Assembly (NCBI GenBank): GCA_964016885.1 | Contig: OZ024746.1 | Coordinates: 54,188,001-54,252,000, forward strand | DNA from: Eledone cirrhosa | Taxonomy: Eukaryota | DNA length: 64,000 nucleotides | Direction of reading: 5' to 3' | Shown: positions 56,448-64,000 of the stretch, one piece after another | Layout: the number at the start of each line of letters is the position of its first letter | Position numbering within the stretch: position 1 is the stretch's first letter | Program-made: the position numbers and the translations under genes | Notes under the pieces: model-generated | The model's database searches: none | The model's input: the letters and a program-made list of their open reading frames with translations, nothing else | Told to the model about the DNA's origin: nothing

Positions 56448-56605
56448 TTACCTATCTATCTATCTCTATATATATAGTAATAAGAATAAATGTGAAGACT
56501 AAAATCCGAAGAGGGCTCGATAGGGATAATATATATATCAAAATATATAAAACCATAGAGCAAATTCTTTGCTTAAACTTTAATCTGTAATTTTAATAAA
56601 TATCT

Positions 56606-56644
<39 letters not shown>

Positions 56645-56819
56645 ATCGCGTCACTTCAGCATAAGCCATTCACATCAGTTCATATTCCTTAACATTGGAA
56701 ACAATCAGATTTCGCAAGATTTTTCCATGTTTCATTGACCTTCTTCAGAGTATCCTTGAGGCATTAATTAAAGCTGTTTGCTTTTGTATCCCAACCTGAT
56801 GGAAAACATGGAGCTGTTT

Positions 56820-57300
56820 CTCGTCATTAACTAATTGACAGTCCACCCACATTAAAATAGATTAAGGTAGCAGTCAAACAAATGAACATTGCCAAAACAT
56901 CTGGAAGATACTGTATAGGGGCTGAAATAGTTAAGAAAAGAGGTGCTAAATTCAACAATCTTTTGCATAACATATACTACCAAGTGTGGTTGAAGGATTC
57001 GGTTCCACAGGAGTGGCGTGGAGTCATTCTTGACTCACGCTTCAAGACGAGTCACAAAGATGTTGTGACAACTACCATGGGATCTCTTTACTATCAGTTC
57101 TTGACACAGGGCTGGTTTGATATCATTCTCGTCCCCCTCTTCTAGACAAGTCACACAGATTTTGTGACAACTACCATGGGATCTCTTTATTATCAGTTCT
57201 TGGTATAATCGTTGTCTGGGTTCATGTTAATCATCTACTGAGTCATGTATTACTTAACATTCTGCTGGAATCTCAGTGTGGTTTCTGTAATGAACAGTAG
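56820..57300 (+). mobile_element. old RTE-like LINE, right part
   Basis: PPTL..IKVAVKQMNIAKTSG..CIGAEIVK...VW....VPQEW, followed by a duplicated DNYHGISLLSV-like segment and ESQCGF. Confidence 0.7.
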
Positions 57301-57501
57301 ATATAATACTCTGTGCGAGGTCTTGGACACCGTAAAGCGGCAAGTCTTTTGGGATATGCCTCGAACTTAGGAGGCCTTGAGAGGTTTATGGGAATTATGT
57401 AGGAACTTAACATCTTCCTTTTAGTTGGCTGCTAGAACATTACTCTGCCATCATCTATGCAGTTGTATCATTCAAAGCATTTACAAACACTGATGGAGGG
57501 C

Positions 57502-57603
<102 letters not shown>

Positions 57604-58017
57604 AGAGTATTGAAGTTTGTTTGAAACATTGTGGTATATGAAAACTCTGGCTTTCAAACTTCACATGTGTATATATATACATATATATATACATATTGTT
57701 ATACTTGGGGAGGGTCATACTTGTGTAATAATATTGCCAGAATTAATAACAAAACACACTCACTGTTTGGTTGGTTTTCGTTTCTGTGTCTTTCATATCG
57801 GTTAATTTTATTTATTCGGTCCTCAATGTTACCATTGACTGACCAACGGTCAAAAATACAGATACAATATAGACACAAACACATATATATATAGTCTAAC
57901 AAAGTTCTTTCGTTGCACATCTGCAACATAGTCAGTGGTGCTATAATGTTTCCTCCCGTTGCATTGTATGCCTACGCCATCTTTATTTAGTCTGTTTATT
58001 TATTTATGTGTGTGTGT

Positions 58018-58884
<867 letters not shown>

Positions 58885-59107
58885 CGAACAAAGGGAATGC
58901 CCTTTAACACCTGTCGTAACTATTTGCAGGATGTCAGATATATCCGTGGTATGAGAAAGGCAGAAAGTTGGACGGACATCCTGTCTTAAGAGCAACTCTC
59001 CATGTTCGTGTTCGGAAAATGACAAGACGTACATGCATAGATAGATATACATACAATTAAAATCTTGTGTAAATGTCTATGTATATTTTGAGAGAGAGAG
59101 AGAGAGA

Positions 59108-59184
<77 letters not shown>

Positions 59185-59349
59185 GGAGAGAGAGAGAGAT
59201 GTTTATAACATTTATATCTATATCTATATCTATATCTATCTATCTATCTATCTATTTATCTATCTATTTACCTATCTATCGATTACTCTGATGTGCACAC
59301 GCACACACACACACACACACCCCACACGCACACATGCACACACACACCC

Positions 59350-59387
<38 letters not shown>

Positions 59388-59679
59388 TCCTCTCTAATCA
59401 GGCGCATGAAATCTAAGTTTCCCATCGATCTTGCACGCACCCTCTATCACCGTGTACATTCTGAAGCGTTTGGCCATCACAAGACCATGGATTCTAAGGT
59501 AGCGCAATACATGTTACCTGTACGAATATTAGTAAATACTAATGCCGTATATATACTATATGGTTATAAGTATGCATATAATCAATGTCAAGATGTACTC
59601 ATGAATTTGAAATAATTTTATTATTTTATCATCTCTTATATATCTATTACCCTTTTATCATCAACTCTTCACTCACACA

Positions 59680-60080
59680 CTTACACACCCACACACATGT
59701 ACACTCTCACACACACACACATGTACACTCACACACCCACACACATGTACACTCACACACCCACACACATGTACACTCACAGACCCACACACATGTACAC
59801 TCTCACACTCACACACATGTACACTCTCACACTCACACACATGTACACTCACACAACCACACACATGTACACTCTCACAGGCACACACATGTACACTCAC
59901 ACACCCACACACATGTACACTCACAGACCCACACACATGTACATCTCACACTCACACACATGTACACTCACACACCCACACACATGTACACTCACAGACC
60001 CACACACATGTACACTCTCACACTCACACACATGTACACTCTCACACGCACACACATGTACACTCTCACAGGCACACACG
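59680..60080. repeat. 24-bp CA-rich minisatellite
   Basis: CACACACATGTACACTC recurs about every 24 bp, roughly 16 copies. Confidence 0.92.
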
Positions 60081-60979
60081 TGTAAACAAAATTACATATG
60101 TGCACGCATTCACCTACTTTCAGACACGCACCCACGCATACACTCAGGCATTCACTCACACAAACATGCAAATAGACACACTATTACTATGAGAAACATT
60201 TGCCAGCATAGACTGTCTTCGCTTGGTCACTTGTGTTGCTAGTAATAGTAGCTAAATCTTCATAAAACCTCCTTCTCCCACCTGAACATAATTTATCAAT
60301 TTACCTCTGTTGTTCTATGCTTGCACCGATAATATCACCTGCATCACAACCATCATCACCATGGCTGTCATAATAATCTTCCTATCATTACGTCACTGCT
60401 ACTACATCACAAGCCCTATACCTTCTTTGCCGCCCCATCCATGCCATACACCGCCTATTTGAGAATTTTCTTTAAACCGTAACGACCATGAATAGAATCA
60501 CTGCCTTGGGCGCCACTACGACGACGATGACGACGATCGCCAGTACTACCACCAACACCACCATACCCAGCACTGTCACCGCAACCACCACCACCACCAC
60601 CACCACCGCCACCGAAAACAACAACAACACACCCCACCCATCCCTAACACCAAAGAAAACACCTCTACCAACGACAACGCTATCCGAATAATAACCACCT
60701 CTACCACCACCTACAACAGCAGAACCACCACCAAGCATATATACAAGCACATCTCCAAATATACGTCAATTCATATATAAATATATATATAAATTCATAT
60801 ATAAATTCATATATAAATATATATATATATGAATATATATATATATATATATAAAATTTCAGGTTATCAATAATGTAGTGATAATATATCGTTACGTTAG
60901 AGATGAACAATATAAATATATATAAATTCAAATATATATATATATAAATTCATATATAAATATATATATATATATATAA

Positions 60980-61035
<56 letters not shown>

Positions 61036-61294
61036 TTTCACGCTTCCAAAATACACATCCATTCATAAACCTATTTATACATGCACATTTTTAAATACAT
61101 ATTCATTCATAGATTTATGTATAGATGCAATCCCCAAAATATATATCCATACTTAGACGTATGCATATATATATATATATATATATAAATGCAAACTATC
61201 GAATATACATCAATTCATTGATACATATCTACATGTACACGTCCAAATATATATCCGTTCATAGGGGCATATATACATTGATACACACAGACAC

Positions 61295-61348
<54 letters not shown>

Positions 61349-61497
61349 AAGCTTGTTGAATCCCAGCAAATTAAATATGACCTCTGCATATATATATATA
61401 TATGTATATATTTATATATATATATACGCATAAACATATGACATATATATGTATGTATATTTATATATATATATATACATAGAATACTTTTATATAC

Positions 61498-61535
<38 letters not shown>

Positions 61536-61629
61536 TATATATATATATATAATGTATGTATGTATGTATATATATATATATACATTTATATATATATATA
61601 ATGTATGTGTATATATAATATATGTATAT

Positions 61630-61684
<55 letters not shown>

Positions 61685-62505
61685 ATGTGTGTGTGTGTAT
61701 GTGTGTGTTTACATGTATATACCACTGACATCAGCAGTTTTTTTTTTATATTTATTGACGTCAGATGCAGGAATATAATTACTGTTAGCGAAAACTATTA
61801 GCAAGTGTTGAGAATGTCTTAAGTAGGCTTGTAGAGAAATTACACTGTAGCTAAATGTCTCTATACATTAACTCTCTTTTCTCAAGTATGTTCTGCTCAA
61901 AATATCCTCAAGCTTCATGCATCACCCCCACCGCAGTTGCCGCCACCATCGCTAATAAACATCGCAGTACCGCATTCGCCACCAAAGGCACCACCACCAC
62001 CACCACGATTACCACAGCAGTATCAACAACAACTACAACAGCCGCTAGACGTTTCCTAATTATTCCTTGTTAACATTTACTCCTGCTCTTCTGTACTTTG
62101 TACTTTACAATTTCAGATCTTCTAGCCATCGTTTTCTTCTATTTATCTGTTGCCTGTATAAATATTTATCTGAAGTCTTGTCTTATTTGAGTCCTGCTCT
62201 AGACGTATTGCACCACACTACACTCCAATGCTTCACAACACTCCACATTACATCGCTCTATATGCCATCATACCGCACTACATTACATCATACCACAACA
62301 AACTTCACTATAGTATAGAATTCTACACAGATTTTCTCAAATCGTGAGTTGTGGCCATCACAGAGGTCGTGAAGAAACCTGCCATTGAAGGATTTCTGAT
62401 ATCTATATTTTTGCTAAATTTAAAAAAAAGAAATGACTAAGTTTCTATATTTAATTCCAGCTTAGCTTCTCCCCAGGACCATTTCTATTCATTAATATTA
62501 TAAAA

Positions 62506-62690
62506 GGGCGGTGGATTGGCAGTATCAGTAGAGGGTCGGACGCCATGCTTTCCAGCATAGTTACGTCCCTTTACGATCTGAGTTCAAATCCCGCCGAGGT
62601 TGACTTTGTCTTTCACCCTTACGGGGTCGATAAAAGAAAGTACTAGTAATGCACTGGGTAATTGCTGGCCTTGTGCCTAAAGTAAAAACA
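62506..62690 (+). mobile_element. SINE family 1 with 15-bp TSD
   Basis: ATTAATATTATAAAA at 62491-62505 and 62691-62705 flanks a full-length copy. Confidence 0.93.
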
Positions 62691-63196
62691 ATTAATATTA
62701 TAAAATCTTTATAGTTCGCGTGAAGTTTCACGGAAATATGCGTTTTATCTGAAGCATTCGAGAAGTTTTCCTCTACATCACAGTGATCTAAACCATTCTG
62801 CTATATAGTATATACACGGAGATTGATGCCAACTAATGATAGAGCATTTAAACCTCCATTCGAATAGCATAGTACCGACTGATGAAATTCTCAAGAAGCA
62901 CATGGCTATATCGTTCAGGAGTTCGCTTTCCAAAGGCTTGGTTTCTAGATCATTCCTACTGCATTGCATCTTACACAAGGGAAGTTCTTAACTGTTCGAC
63001 CAAGCAACGACTAGACAACTGATAATAAACGCTGAGAAACAACACATATTAATTCAGCTGGAAGTAGTATTATGTATAGAAGTTGCCTAAAGATTCTATG
63101 TTTATATTTGATTAATAATTATGTCAGGATAGTAGGATTAGCTCGGTAGCACACCGTGTAAACAACATCTACCAGACGCCATTGATACATACATAC

Positions 63197-63246
<50 letters not shown>

Positions 63247-63253
<7 letters not shown>

Positions 63254-63596
63254 TATGTACACGTACATACATATATGTATACAGACGTACAGTAGTATGT
63301 ATATGTATATACATACATGCACACATATATATATGTACGTATGGATTCACCGAACATTTATTATAATGCTCGGTGTGTTTGTAAACAAACATCCCGTATT
63401 AAGCCGTATTAACAAACGAGCAACGATGGTTGCTAGACACTACGGCTTAATACGGGATGTTTGTTTACAAACACACAGAGCATTATAATAAATGTTCGGT
63501 GAATCCATACGTACATATATATATGTGTGCATGTATGTATATACATACTACTGTACGTCTGTATACATATATGTATGTACGTGTACATACTTATAT
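63247..63596. repeat. ~350-bp fold-back palindrome of a dispersed repeat (unfolded homologue at ~26007-26270)
   Basis: Arms ATAAGTATGTACACGTAC...CCGTATTAAGCCGTA and TACGGCTTAATACGG...GTGTACATACTTAT. Confidence 0.9.
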
Positions 63597-63759
63597 TTAA
63601 GTAACAGCCGTACTAAGAGTGGGAAATGAAATTTCGTTTCATTTTTCCGTTTATATATATATATATTTATGTGTGTGTGTGTGTGTGTGTGTGTGTATTT
63701 GTATTTGTCGATACAAATATTTACGTATAGACATATATATATATATATGCATACATGTT

Positions 63760-63869
<110 letters not shown>

Positions 63870-64000
63870 AACATGTATGCATATATGAAACTAATGATAT
63901 ATACATATATACACATATAGAAACATACCAAATGTATCTAAACATTTCTGTCAGATATGTATATCCGTCAATATACGAGACAGATAAAGCATTTCCCCCT

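Noticed and set aside
47503-56597. Inverted repeats at 47503-47600 and 56483-56597 as TIRs of a composite element around the Tx1 pair
   Set aside because: The same sequence also occurs at ~22495-22555, so it is a dispersed family; the arms are diverged and there is no TSD.

Overview
This is AT-rich, repeat-dominated eukaryotic DNA, with long (TA)n, (CA)n, (ACC)n and (TATC)n tracts and many tRNA-headed SINEs. The repeat landscape suggests an octopod cephalopod, which is an inference. I found no convincing host protein-coding exon, and most ORFs in the track are microsatellite read-throughs. Main contents: (1) an internally deleted Helitron (~7.24-14.28 kb) carrying a nested hAT element with a perfect 8-bp TSD; (2) non-autonomous Helitrons, 5'-inverted RTE-like LINE insertions, and CRE-like and R4/Dong-like LINE remnants; (3) a decayed tRNA-Asp copy, Penelope-like fragments with a minimal hammerhead motif, a 588-bp tandem triplication and many fold-back palindromes. 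The most notable feature is two head-to-tail Tx1/L1-clade non-LTR elements (49.07-56.35 kb) with matching 5' and 3' ends, embedded in (TATC)n. Both lack the reverse-transcriptase domain. One keeps an intact APE endonuclease fused in frame to the C-terminal zinc knuckle; the other keeps an essentially intact ORF1.
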